Notes under the pieces: model-generated
Seen by the model: the letters and a program-made list of their open reading frames with translations, nothing else
Databases searched by the model: none
What the model was told of the DNA's origin: nothing
Made by a program: the position numbers and the translations under genes
Virus record (IMG/VR): IMGVR_UViG_2526164669_000028
DNA from: a virus
Lineage: Duplodnaviria; Heunggongvirae; Uroviricota; Caudoviricetes
Reading direction: 5' to 3' (one strand)
DNA length: 33,149 bases
Part shown: one piece after another, positions 1 through 8,516 of the stretch
Layout: each line of letters begins with the position of its first letter
How positions within the stretch are numbered: the stretch's first letter is position 1

Positions 1-981
1 TTATAACGTCACTCCGCCTTTTAGTGGATTCAGAGCGACGGCATTTTGCAGATAGTCAGGCGCAAGGTGCGCATAGGCCATCGTCTGCTGAATGCTCGCA
101 TGTCCCAGAATCTGTTGCAGTGCGATTATATTGCCCCCATTCATCATGAAATGGCTTGCGAATGTATGCCGCAGGATGTGGGTTGCCTGATTGGGTGGTA
201 TATCAGGTTTCACTCTGCGTAAAATCCCGCAAAATTTCTCATAATCAACTTTGAATAATTTGGCGCTGGCCTCCTCTTTAACTTTTTTCTCCAGTTCCTC
301 AGAAATCGGCACGGTTCGCTTTTTACCGTTTTTGGTTTTCAGGAAGGTAACCCTGCAATTTGTAATCTGTGCTGGTTTTAGCGTGGCAACTTCCGTCCAT
401 CTTCCTCCAGTGCTCAGACATAAAAGCGCGACAAGTAAGTCATCACCAGCCAAAACATTTAACAGTTTTTCGATTTCTGCTTTTTCCAGGAACGTCATTT
501 CAGGGTTGGCCTCCGCCAGTGGCGGCAGTCCGTGAATTGGGTGTTGCCCGGAAAATTCATCCAATTGAATTAATTTTGTGAACATGCCGGATAATCTGTA
601 CATGTCACGGTTTATCGTTGCGGCACTGATACCATCACGTAGTCGCATGGAACGATAATCCATCAAAGCCCTTTTGCTCATCCTGCTCACTGGTATATCA
701 CCTATGCCGCTGATGGTTTTGAGTAGATGATTAAACTCTTTTGTTCCATGCTCGTGGTTTTGCCCGTGATATTTCCACCAGATGTCCAGCAACTCACTCA
801 AAGTCCGGCGGTCTGCTCGCTGGCCTCCCCATTCTTTCTGACTGGCATTGGCGATTGTGTATCGCTCAAATGCTAGTGCTTCAGCTTTTCTTTCGAATTT
901 CCTGCGGATGCGTTTTCCGTCGCGACCGCGAGGTCTAATGTCCACTTCATAGCGACCATCATCGAGCTTCTTAATTGCCAT
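1..981 (-). CDS. int: Tyrosine integrase (P2 Int-like)
   Basis: ORF 1..1011 translation matches P2 integrase from MAIKKLDDGRYEVDIRP; start placed at the internal Met (981) because GGAGG lies 8 nt upstream, while the 1011 ATG has no RBS. C-terminal HxxR...Y catalytic region present (HILRHTFASH..., LGHASIQQTMAYAHL). Confidence 0.9.
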   Translation of the reverse strand: MAIKKLDDGRYEVDIRPRGRDGKRIRRKFERKAEALAFERYTIANASQKEWGGQRADRRTLSELLDIWWKYHGQNHEHGTKEFNHLLKTISGIGDIPVSRMSKRALMDYRSMRLRDGISAATINRDMYRLSGMFTKLIQLDEFSGQHPIHGLPPLAEANPEMTFLEKAEIEKLLNVLAGDDLLVALLCLSTGGRWTEVATLKPAQITNCRVTFLKTKNGKKRTVPISEELEKKVKEEASAKLFKVDYEKFCGILRRVKPDIPPNQATHILRHTFASHFMMNGGNIIALQQILGHASIQQTMAYAHLAPDYLQNAVALNPLKGGVTL

Positions 982-1050
982 AAGAAAGCCCTCCGGCGCT
1001 GTATTCACCATCTTGGTAGCAAATGGTGAAAATGTAATCTTTATATAGAG

Positions 1051-1344
1051 TTAGCCAATCCTTTTCGCGGAGTGGTTGGACTCTGTTGACTCTGGCCCAA
1101 TGTGCGCGAGAGCCGGTGCGATTTGTCCTGCGTCCGGCGCGGTTTTATCTGTCATAAGCCATAGAGCATATTTTTGGAATGTGGGATGCATAGTGATTTT
1201 TAGCAAAGCTGTGCCACCGGGTTCAAAGTTTCCTCCTTCATATTTTTTTAGTGTGCTTAGCGGTAACTCTATGATTTCACAGAATTTTGATTGGCTTAGC
1301 CCTTCAGCCTCACGCAAGGCCTTAATCTTTTCGCTTAATTTCAT
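1051..1344 (-). CDS. C: Immunity repressor (P2 C-like, HTH)
   Basis: 97-aa minus ORF divergent from cox; C-terminal ...GQIAPALAH... recalled as conserved with P2 C; position between int and cox as in P2. Confidence 0.85.
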   Translation of the reverse strand: MKLSEKIKALREAEGLSQSKFCEIIELPLSTLKKYEGGNFEPGGTALLKITMHPTFQKYALWLMTDKTAPDAGQIAPALAHIGPESTESNHSAKRIG

Positions 1345-1465
1345 TTGACATGGTGCCTATATAGGGACTAAATTCCCTCAAAACTGGAACCTATATAGGT
1401 TCCATTGATTTGAGAATAAACCAGCGTCTAAACGGTTTTGAGTGGTTTAGAAAGGGCTGGATCCT
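1345..1465. promoter_or_regulatory. Immunity switch region (Pe/Pc divergent promoters and operators)
   Basis: Two copies of the palindrome CCTATATAGG (1356-1365 and 1390-1399, the second within an 18-bp perfect palindrome GGAACCTATATAGGTTCC 1386-1403); TTGACA at 1345-1350 followed about 18 bp later by TAAATT (1369-1374) as a candidate rightward Pe. Confidence 0.5.
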
Positions 1466-1753
1466 ATGAGGGTACCATATATGGACGCTGAAAATTATGT
1501 GATTCAGTATCCGCTTGATGCGGTTCATGTGGATAAATTTGCTGATTTATTAGGGAAGCCAAAGACAGCCGTCAGTGAAATGGTGAAGGCAAATAAATTA
1601 CCAATTATTGAATTGCGTGATCCTTGCAAACCGAAGGCTCGTGCCGGTGAAAAATGGGTTTTCATTCCTGAGTTTAATCGCGCTGTACGTGAGGCGTTTT
1701 ATAACCGACCGGTTGAACAGCGTGATGCATGGCTTTTGTGGATGGGGTTGTGA
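1466..1753 (+). CDS. cox: Cox-like excisionase / transcriptional regulator
   Basis: Translation ...GEKWVFIPEFN...RDAWLLWMGL resembles P2 Cox (...GEYWVYLPAWN...RDGWLMWLGL). An alternative start at 1481 has a better RBS (GAGGG, 8 nt spacing). Confidence 0.75.
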   Translation: MRVPYMDAENYVIQYPLDAVHVDKFADLLGKPKTAVSEMVKANKLPIIELRDPCKPKARAGEKWVFIPEFNRAVREAFYNRPVEQRDAWLLWMGL

Positions 1754-1755
1754 TT

Positions 1756-1926
1756 ATGAATGAGCCGCGTTGTATTGCTCAGTTATTGCGTAACGAAAGC
1801 CCCAGGGCGATTGACTTCACCATCACCCACGGGAAGGGTCGCAAGGGAATCATTATCCGCACCAAAAAACAGAGTCCGTTAAAAAAGGCTCTGACCTTTC
1901 TGAAAAGCCGGAGGGTCTGGAAATGA
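1756..1926 (+). CDS. Small hypothetical early protein (56 aa)
   Basis: ORF 1729..1926 trimmed to the ATG immediately after the cox stop; its stop overlaps the B start (ATGA); position analogous to P2 orf78. Confidence 0.45.
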   Translation: MNEPRCIAQLLRNESPRAIDFTITHGKGRKGIIIRTKKQSPLKKALTFLKSRRVWK

Positions 1927-2423
1927 CAGTGATGACGCTCAATCTCGTCGAAAAACAGCCAGCAGCTATGCGCCGGATAATTGGTAAGCATCTTGCCGTC
2001 CCTCGTTGGCAGGATACATGTGATTATTATAATCAGATGATGGAGCGCGAACGGCTAACAGTTTGCTTTCATGCGCAGTTAAAACAACGTCACGCAACGA
2101 TGCGTTTTGAAGAAATGAACGACGTCGAACGTGAACGGCTGGTTTGTGCAATTGATGAATTGCGTGGGGCATTCTCAAAACGCCGTCAGGTTGGCGCAAG
2201 TGAGTATGCATATATTAGTTTTTTAACAGTCAGTCAGCGTCGTACTTTATTTATGCATGCCGGATTGACTGAAAAAGAATTCAATCAGCCATACTGGCGA
2301 ATTAATGAAGAGTCATGTTACTGGCGTGATGCTTTATTCCGTGCATTACGTGAACTATTCAGTCTGTTTGAGTATGCACCGACAATTCTGACGTCGGTAA
2401 AACCAGAGCAATATTTGCATTAA
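1923..2423 (+). CDS. B: Replication protein B (P2 gpB-like)
   Basis: 166 aa; translation MTVMTLNLVEKQPAAMRRIIGKHLAVPRWQDTCDYYNQMMERE... matches recalled P2 B nearly residue for residue. Confidence 0.9.
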   Translation: MTVMTLNLVEKQPAAMRRIIGKHLAVPRWQDTCDYYNQMMERERLTVCFHAQLKQRHATMRFEEMNDVERERLVCAIDELRGAFSKRRQVGASEYAYISFLTVSQRRTLFMHAGLTEKEFNQPYWRINEESCYWRDALFRALRELFSLFEYAPTILTSVKPEQYLH

Positions 2424-2486
2424 ATAATTAACCAGAGTTTTTAACGCACTTAATCGTGCGGGGCTTCTTTTTGCCTGGAGAAAGTC

Positions 2487-2711
2487 ATGCATACAGTTTC
2501 TGAAAATCAGTGCGGTAAATACGCATTACTGCTGCAACAGGCCAGAACCGAAGCACAGGCCGACGCTGCGACGCGCTTTTCTTCTAATCTTGACGCCATG
2601 ATTCGCCATATCACAAAGGCGGAGTTATCCCGCGTGGAGATAGTCGAGCTGCTCAGTCAGGAGTCGGAAAAATTTCACAATATCGGATTGTCTCGCGGGG
2701 AGGTGCTTTGA
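2487..2711 (+). CDS. Hypothetical early protein (P2 orf80-like)
   Basis: 74-aa ORF with GGAGA RBS 5 nt upstream; synteny between B and A. Confidence 0.65.
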   Translation: MHTVSENQCGKYALLLQQARTEAQADAATRFSSNLDAMIRHITKAELSRVEIVELLSQESEKFHNIGLSRGEVL

Positions 2712-3010
2712 TGTCCTGTTCTCATTCAGTTGTATTACTGAATAACGCCTTAAAAATCGCCGTTATGAAAAATGGCGATTTGTCTCTTATTCAACTTTGT
2801 CTTGATAAAGAAAAACGCGACATCACTGAATCTGTTATCGCGATTTATCAGAATGAATTAAACCTCCTGTCTGATGTGGTCAATTTACTTGTTAAACGCG
2901 CTGTATTCCACAAGCAAATTTCCTCAGTGGATGAACTGACAAAATTAACGACAGAACTTGCCAGTTATTGCGCTGATGTATCCAGGCAACTTAACGATAA
3001 AAGGAGCTGA
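2708..3010 (+). CDS. Hypothetical early protein (P2 orf81-like)
   Basis: 100-aa ORF, ATGA overlap with the upstream gene; synteny. Confidence 0.65.
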   Translation: MMSCSHSVVLLNNALKIAVMKNGDLSLIQLCLDKEKRDITESVIAIYQNELNLLSDVVNLLVKRAVFHKQISSVDELTKLTTELASYCADVSRQLNDKRS

Positions 3011-3012
3011 TA

Positions 3013-3237
3013 ATGCCGGACAACGTAGATTTTATTCAGGAACAACAGGCTGAATTACTGGAGCGCCAGATTAACGCGGCAAGGGTAAAACATTGCGGTG
3101 CTTCTGCGCTGGTTTGCGAAGAGTGTGACGCGCCAATACCTGCTGCCCGTCGTGCGGCTTACCCGTCAGCCACGCGTTGTGTTTCCTGTCAGTCAGTCTT
3201 TGAAGCAAAAAACAAACATTACCGGAGAACGGCATGA
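3013..3237 (+). CDS. C4 zinc-finger protein (TraR/DksA-like; P2 orf82-like)
   Basis: 74 aa with CEEC...CVSC four-cysteine motif; AAGGAG RBS upstream; synteny. Confidence 0.7.
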   Translation: MPDNVDFIQEQQAELLERQINAARVKHCGASALVCEECDAPIPAARRAAYPSATRCVSCQSVFEAKNKHYRRTA

Positions 3238-3509
3238 GTATTCGTATTGAAATTGGCGAACGTTATGTCGTTACCGGTGACAGCTTCCAGTTTATTCTCC
3301 ACGAGAAAAAGAGAGCGGAAAGCGGTAAAAACGCCGGTCAGGAATGGCTGGCGGTGGTTGGTTATTACCCGAAATTAAGCCAGCTCGTTTCCGGCCTGAT
3401 GCATCACGATATTCTGACCGGAAGCGCAAAGTCTTTTGCTGATTTAAACGCGCAGGTTGAGCAACTCAGCAAGCGTTGTTCAGAGGCTTTTGGCTCATAT
3501 GGCCGTTAA
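3234..3509 (+). CDS. Hypothetical early protein (P2 orf83-like)
   Basis: 91-aa ORF, ATGA overlap with upstream gene; its 3' end overlaps the A start. Confidence 0.65.
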   Translation: MSIRIEIGERYVVTGDSFQFILHEKKRAESGKNAGQEWLAVVGYYPKLSQLVSGLMHHDILTGSAKSFADLNAQVEQLSKRCSEAFGSYGR

Positions 3510-5787
3510 AGCCTCCGGGCGTTTTGTCCCTCCGTCAGCATTTGCTGCAGGCACCGGTAAGGCGTTTACCGGTGCTTATGCATGGAACGCGCCACGCGAG
3601 GCTGTCGGGCGCGAAAGACCCCTTACACGTGACGAGATGCGTCAGGTGCAAGGTGTTTTATCCACGATTAACCGCCTGCCTTACTTTTTGCGCTCGCTGT
3701 TTACGTCACGCTATGACTACATCCGGCGCAATAAAAGCCCGGTGCACGGGTTTTATTTCCTCACATCCACTTTTCAGCGTCGTTTATGGCCGCGCATTGA
3801 GCGTGTGAATCAGCGCCATGAAATGAACACCGACGCGTCGATGCTGTTTCTGGCTGAGCGTGACCACTATGCGCGCCTGCCGGGAATGAATGACAAGGAG
3901 CTGAAAAAGTTTGCCGCCCGTATCTCATCGCAGCTTTTCATGATGCATGAGGAACTCAGCGATGCCTGGGTGGATGCGCATGGCGAAAAAGAATCGCTGT
4001 TTACGGATGAGGCGCAGGCTCACCTCTATGGTCATGTTGCTGGCGCTGCACGTGCTTTCAATATTTCCCCTCTCTACTGGAAAAAATACCGTAAAGGACA
4101 GATGACCACGAGGCAGGCATATTCTGCCATTGCCCGTCTGTTTAACGATGAGTGGTGGATTAGTCAGCTTAAAGGCCAGCGTATGCGCTGGCATGAGGCG
4201 TTACTGATTGCTGTCGGGGAGGTCAATAAAGACCGTTCTCCTTATGCCAGTAAACATGCCATTCGTGATGTGCGTGCACGCCGCCAGGCAAATCTGGAAT
4301 TTCTTAAATCGTGTGATCTCGAAAACAGGGAAACAGGCGAGCGCATCGACCTTATCAGTAAGGTGATGGGCAGTATTTCTAATCCTGAAATTCGCCGGAT
4401 GGAGCTGATGAACACCATTGCCGGTATTGAGCGTTACGCCGCCGCAGAAGGTGATGTGGGGATGTTTATCACGCTGACCGCGCCGTCAAAGTATCACCCG
4501 ACACGTCAGGTTGGAAAAGGCGAAAGTAAAACCGTCCAGCTAAATCACGGCTGGAACGATGAGGCATTTAATCCAAAGGATGCGCAGCGTTATCTCTGCC
4601 GTATCTGGAGCCTGATGCGCACGGCATTCAAGGATAATGATTTACAGGTCTACGGTTTGCGAGTCGTCGAGCCACACCACGACGGAACGCCGCACTGGCA
4701 TATGATGCTTTTTTGTAATCCACGCCAGCGTAACCAGATTATCGAAATCATGCGTCGCTACGCGCTCAAAGAGGATGGCGACGAAAGAGGAGCTGCGCGA
4801 AACCGTTTTCAGGCAAAACATCTTAATCGGGGCGGTGCTGCGGGGTATATCGCGAAATACATCTCAAAAAATATCGACGGCTATGCACTGGATGGGCAGC
4901 TCGATAACGATACCGGCAGACCGCTGAAAGACACTGCAGCGGCTGTTACCGCATGGGCGTCAACGTGGCGTATCCCGCAATTTAAAACGGTTGGTCTGCC
5001 GACAATGGGGGCTTACCGTGAACTACGCAAATTGCCTCGCGGCGTCAGCATTGCTGATGAGTTTGACGAACGCGTCGAAGCTGCACGCGCCGCCGCAGAC
5101 AGTGGTGATTTTGCGTTGTATATCAGCGCGCAGGGCGGGGCAAATGTCCCACGCGATTGTCAGACTGTCAGGGTCGCCCGTAGTCCGTCGGATGAAGTTA
5201 ACGAGTACGAGGAAGAAGTCGAGAGAGTGGTCGGCATTTACGCGCCGCATCTCGGCGCGCGTCATATTCATATCACCAGAACGACGGACTGGCGCATTGT
5301 TCCGAAAGTGCCGGTCGTTGAGCCTTTGACTTTAAAAAGCGGCATCGCCGCGCCTCGGAGTCCTGTCAATAACTGTGGAAAGCTCACCGGTGGTGATACT
5401 TCGTTACCGGCTCCCACACCTTCTGAGCACGCCGCAGCAGTGCTTAATCTGGTTGATGACGGTGTTATCGGATGGAATGACCCGGAGGTCGTGAGGGCGC
5501 TCAGGGGCGCATTAAAACACGGCCTGAGAACATCAAATCGTCAGCAAAGAAACGGAAGCCCGTTAAAACCGCATGAAATAGCACCATCTGCCAGACTGAC
5601 CCGGTCTGAACGATTGCAAATCACCCGTATCCGCGTTGACCTTGCTCAGAACGGTATCAGACCGCAGCGATGGGAGCTTGAGGCGCTGGCGCGTGGGGCA
5701 ACCGTAAATTATGACGGGAAAAAATTCACGTATATGGTTACTAATGAGTGGTTCGGATTTCAAGATGAAGTGTCATTTTTCATGTAA
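3499..5787 (+). CDS. A: Replication initiation endonuclease gpA (rolling-circle nickase)
   Basis: ORF 3457..5787; start set at MAVKASGRFVPP (3499), matching the recalled P2 A N-terminus; 762 codons versus 761 aa in P2; HxH-type motif (HHDGTPHWHMM) present. Confidence 0.92.
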   Translation: MAVKASGRFVPPSAFAAGTGKAFTGAYAWNAPREAVGRERPLTRDEMRQVQGVLSTINRLPYFLRSLFTSRYDYIRRNKSPVHGFYFLTSTFQRRLWPRIERVNQRHEMNTDASMLFLAERDHYARLPGMNDKELKKFAARISSQLFMMHEELSDAWVDAHGEKESLFTDEAQAHLYGHVAGAARAFNISPLYWKKYRKGQMTTRQAYSAIARLFNDEWWISQLKGQRMRWHEALLIAVGEVNKDRSPYASKHAIRDVRARRQANLEFLKSCDLENRETGERIDLISKVMGSISNPEIRRMELMNTIAGIERYAAAEGDVGMFITLTAPSKYHPTRQVGKGESKTVQLNHGWNDEAFNPKDAQRYLCRIWSLMRTAFKDNDLQVYGLRVVEPHHDGTPHWHMMLFCNPRQRNQIIEIMRRYALKEDGDERGAARNRFQAKHLNRGGAAGYIAKYISKNIDGYALDGQLDNDTGRPLKDTAAAVTAWASTWRIPQFKTVGLPTMGAYRELRKLPRGVSIADEFDERVEAARAAADSGDFALYISAQGGANVPRDCQTVRVARSPSDEVNEYEEEVERVVGIYAPHLGARHIHITRTTDWRIVPKVPVVEPLTLKSGIAAPRSPVNNCGKLTGGDTSLPAPTPSEHAAAVLNLVDDGVIGWNDPEVVRALRGALKHGLRTSNRQQRNGSPLKPHEIAPSARLTRSERLQITRIRVDLAQNGIRPQRWELEALARGATVNYDGKKFTYMVTNEWFGFQDEVSFFM

Positions 5788-6195
5788 AACACTTTAAAAT
5801 TCAATGCAATGAAAGCATATCCATGTCTCATTGATATGCCTTTCAGTTATTATATATTTGTTTTATATGAAAAAATATCATATGCAGGGGGAGCAAATAC
5901 AACGGTTTACTTGTTATGATGCAAACATTGGTTAGTTAGTGAGATATATCGCCATCAATTGGGTATTTTTACCCGTGGAAAGTTAACGCTTTCTAACACT
6001 TACCCCGCGCAACGCCCCTGCCAGCGACAGGAGTCACAGGATCAGGAGGTATGGCGTATGGGTATTCGAACCCTTTGGGCGACCAAGGGTTCGTGGAGCA
6101 GGGGGCTAGTGCTGTTCAATCTCATCCTTATGAGGGCGAACCATAGTGTTGGAGCAGACATACCGTTTGCACACTATGGGCATAAGGAGCAAATC
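5788..6195 (+). ncRNA. Candidate structured non-coding leader (possible retron msr/msd RNA) upstream of the RT cassette
   Basis: About 400-nt AT-rich non-coding gap after A. Hairpins: GCATATC...GATATGC (5817-5840), GAACCCTT...AAGGGTTC (6067-6091), CCATAGTGT...ACACTATGG (6141-6178, 9-bp stem). Boundaries and function are not resolved by eye. Confidence 0.25.
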
Positions 6196-6351
6196 ATGAA
6201 GAATGATAAATTAACCAACGAACAGCAGGCGCAGAACAAGTCAAACCTGAAAAAGTGGGCTGGTTACGCTTGGAAATTAATCAAATGGGGTATTAGACTG
6301 TTTGATTTAGTTACTCGAGCACTGGACTACTTCGAAGGGGGTGATGAGTAA
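6196..6351 (+). CDS. Small hypothetical protein (51 aa), first ORF of the RT cassette
   Basis: ATG preceded by AAGGAG at 7 nt spacing; MKNDKLTNEQQAQNKSNLKKWAGYAWKLIKWGIRLFDLVTRALDYFEGGDE. The annotated 5959..6351 ORF is treated as a spurious 5' extension. Could instead be part of the ncRNA. Confidence 0.4.
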   Translation: MKNDKLTNEQQAQNKSNLKKWAGYAWKLIKWGIRLFDLVTRALDYFEGGDE

Positions 6352-6375
6352 TGCGTCCTCCCTAGTTTCAATAGC

Positions 6376-6696
6376 ATGGAGTTGCCTATGTTACATAAAG
6401 CCCTTCGTTTAATAAGGCAATACCATAAAGAATCAATAGTTGAGTTATCTTCATCTTTAGGTATTCCAAAAGACAAAATAGTATCGCTTGAAAGCGGAGT
6501 TTGGTCACCGTCGATTGAAGTCTTAGAGCGTTACGCCTCCCATTTCGACATACCAGTATCCTCTTTAGTATTCTTTTCGGAATCATTAGGCACGCAAGGC
6601 CGTTTGTCTAAGCGATTGCGTTTAAATTTAGCCGGTAAAGTTCTGGATGTTCTGGAGTGGGTAAGTAATAAAAATGAAAAAACGGAAAAAGCTTAA
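6376..6696 (+). CDS. XRE-family helix-turn-helix protein associated with the retron-type RT
   Basis: 106 aa; HTH signature (...IVELSSSLGIPKDKIVSLESGVWSPSIEVLERYASHF...); overlaps the RT start by 23 nt, suggesting co-translation. The start may be the second ATG at 6388. Confidence 0.7.
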   Translation: MELPMLHKALRLIRQYHKESIVELSSSLGIPKDKIVSLESGVWSPSIEVLERYASHFDIPVSSLVFFSESLGTQGRLSKRLRLNLAGKVLDVLEWVSNKNEKTEKA

Positions 6697-7624
6697 AGTT
6701 AATACTAAAAATAAATCTTATGACATAATGGATTCGCCATTTTATAAACTCAAAAGTAAAAGAAAACTGGCGAATTTGCTTTGTGTTAGTCTTGATGATT
6801 TATACTCTTTGAGAAAAGATGAAGGAAACTATTCCGTTTTTGAGCAGCTTTCTAAAAAAGGGAAAGCACGAAAAATACAAAAGCCTTTAGAAAAACTAGA
6901 ACTTGTACATACACGAATTGCAAGTTTGTTATCGCGGATTGCTTTGCCAGAATATCTGCACTCAGGGAAGAAGAAGTGCTCTAATGTGACGAATGCTAAA
7001 GCTCATCTTAATAATGAAAAGATGATGACAACAGATATTAAAGCTTTTTTTCCATCAACTACAAGAGGGATGATATTTTCTTTTTTCTTTTCGGTGATGA
7101 AAATGTCATCTGATGTTGCTGATGTTTTGTCCCACATATGTACTTGTCATGACCGATTGCCAACAGGTAGTCGAATCAGTATGCCGTTGGCATATTTTGC
7201 AAATTCAAGAATGTTTGGTGAAATATATCAACTTTGCCAAAAGTTACGAGTTAACATGACTGTTTATGTTGATGATCTCACTTTTTCAGGTAGTAACGTA
7301 AATCGATTGTTCTGCGCTGTAATTCGTAAGATCGTTAATAAGCATGGGCATGTTATACACCCAACGAAAACAAAACTATATGCCAGAGATAAGCCTAAGT
7401 TGGTAACTGGAGTTATTGTATTAGGCAATGCATTAAAAGTTAGGAATGAGCAGCATTTTTTGATGGCTAGGGAAATAGATTATTGGAAAATAATTAAAGA
7501 CGCCGAAAATGCGAGAGAAACAATCATTGCCAAAAAGCTCTTTGGTCGTTTGCATTCAATGGGAGTGATTGAGCAACGTTACAAATCTAAGGTGCTTACT
7601 TTAAAGGCTAATACTGCAAATTAA
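6674..7624 (+). CDS. Retron-type reverse transcriptase (316 aa)
   Basis: Contains NAKAH (NAxxH), DIKAFFPST, LPTGSRISMPLA (LPQG-like), YVDD catalytic motif and VTG triplet (KLVTGVIV); the order and spacing resemble recalled retron RT Ec86. AT-rich relative to the phage backbone. Confidence 0.85.
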   Translation: MKKRKKLKVNTKNKSYDIMDSPFYKLKSKRKLANLLCVSLDDLYSLRKDEGNYSVFEQLSKKGKARKIQKPLEKLELVHTRIASLLSRIALPEYLHSGKKKCSNVTNAKAHLNNEKMMTTDIKAFFPSTTRGMIFSFFFSVMKMSSDVADVLSHICTCHDRLPTGSRISMPLAYFANSRMFGEIYQLCQKLRVNMTVYVDDLTFSGSNVNRLFCAVIRKIVNKHGHVIHPTKTKLYARDKPKLVTGVIVLGNALKVRNEQHFLMAREIDYWKIIKDAENARETIIAKKLFGRLHSMGVIEQRYKSKVLTLKANTAN

Positions 7625-7670
7625 CATATTGAATGTATTGCATAATAGCATCAATAATGAAAATGACTTT

Positions 7671-7722
7671 GGCGTTAGTAACGCCGCCAGTGCAGGAATT
7701 TACTTTCGGTGCAGGCGGCGTT
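7671..7722. terminator. Hairpin cluster between the convergent RT and 145-aa genes (putative bidirectional terminator)
   Basis: AACGCCGCC (7680-7688) pairs with GGCGGCGTT (7714-7722), a 9-bp stem; nested GGCGTTAGTAACGCC element at 7671-7685. Confidence 0.35.
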
Positions 7723-7748
7723 GATTAGAAACCTCAGAAAGTAGTTAG

Positions 7749-8186
7749 CTATGAAGCTGACGTCACAAAATTAACACCAAGAGTCAACAGGTTTGTCACT
7801 GCTCCAGCAATGACACCTGGAGTCCCGTCTTTTACTGCACTGATAATTTTATCTCCCATCGTTTCATTACCGCCAAGTGCTTCGGGTTTTTTGTTGAGCA
7901 CCGCGAGTGCTTTCTCGGTCAGGCGCACATCATGAAAACCAGTCTGATGGTCTGTTCCGTACAGAATATAGCCGTTTTCGCTTAGGAAAGTGAATGTGCC
8001 ATCAACCACACTACGCAACTGATTCAGTGCTTTCATTTCTGGTGAGTTAAGTTGGTCAAAGTAGTCATCAGGTAACGCGGCGTTAAATTTTTTGTAGGTG
8101 ATGACTTGTGGTACAGGAAAGTTATCCCATAGCACCGCAAAGATTTCAGCCGTCTGCTGGTTAAATAATTCGAGGTTTTTGGACAT
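7749..8186 (-). CDS. Hypothetical protein (145 aa) with Gly/Ala-rich hydrophobic C-terminus; cargo gene convergent to the RT cassette
   Basis: Minus ORF with AAGGG RBS 7 nt upstream; C-terminal ...DGTPGVIAGAVTNLLTLGVNFVTSAS suggests a membrane-interacting tail; AT-rich. Confidence 0.6.
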   Translation of the reverse strand: MSKNLELFNQQTAEIFAVLWDNFPVPQVITYKKFNAALPDDYFDQLNSPEMKALNQLRSVVDGTFTFLSENGYILYGTDHQTGFHDVRLTEKALAVLNKKPEALGGNETMGDKIISAVKDGTPGVIAGAVTNLLTLGVNFVTSAS

Positions 8187-8379
8187 GCATAATTCCCTTT
8201 CATCAATTAAAGACCCTTATGCCGACTGGGCAAAGAGACTCACTGTAATGGCCTCAAATAACGACCTGAGTTCCCGCGAAGTGGAAAGCTACACCGAAAA
8301 AATGGTCGAGCAAGCCAGTAAAGATGAGCTTACGGTCGTTATCAAACACCTTTTAAACCACATCAGAATGAACAAATAA
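8185..8379 (+). CDS. Small hypothetical ORF (65 aa)
   Basis: Internal Met of ORF 8098..8379; GAGG about 9 nt upstream; its start overlaps the start codon of the divergent 145-aa gene, so it may not be real. Confidence 0.3.
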   Translation: MHNSLSSIKDPYADWAKRLTVMASNNDLSSREVESYTEKMVEQASKDELTVVIKHLLNHIRMNK

Positions 8380-8516
8380 AAGGATCTTTATCAATATGTT
8401 ATCTCTCGTTTATGAAAATCCGTGGACGACGGTTTTTTTGCTGATTGTAGCCACTTGTTGCCTTACCAGTATTATTGGCGCATTGCGCGACAAGTAACCA
8501 CAATGAAGCTGACTCA

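Noticed and set aside
3476-3808. 110-aa ORF overlapping the start of gene A
   Set aside because: Alternate frame inside the conserved gpA N-terminus; no independent support.
5959-6351. 130-aa ORF spanning the non-coding leader
   Set aside because: No RBS or ATG at its 5' end and it crosses strong hairpins; the only supported start is the internal ATG at 6196 with an AAGGAG RBS.
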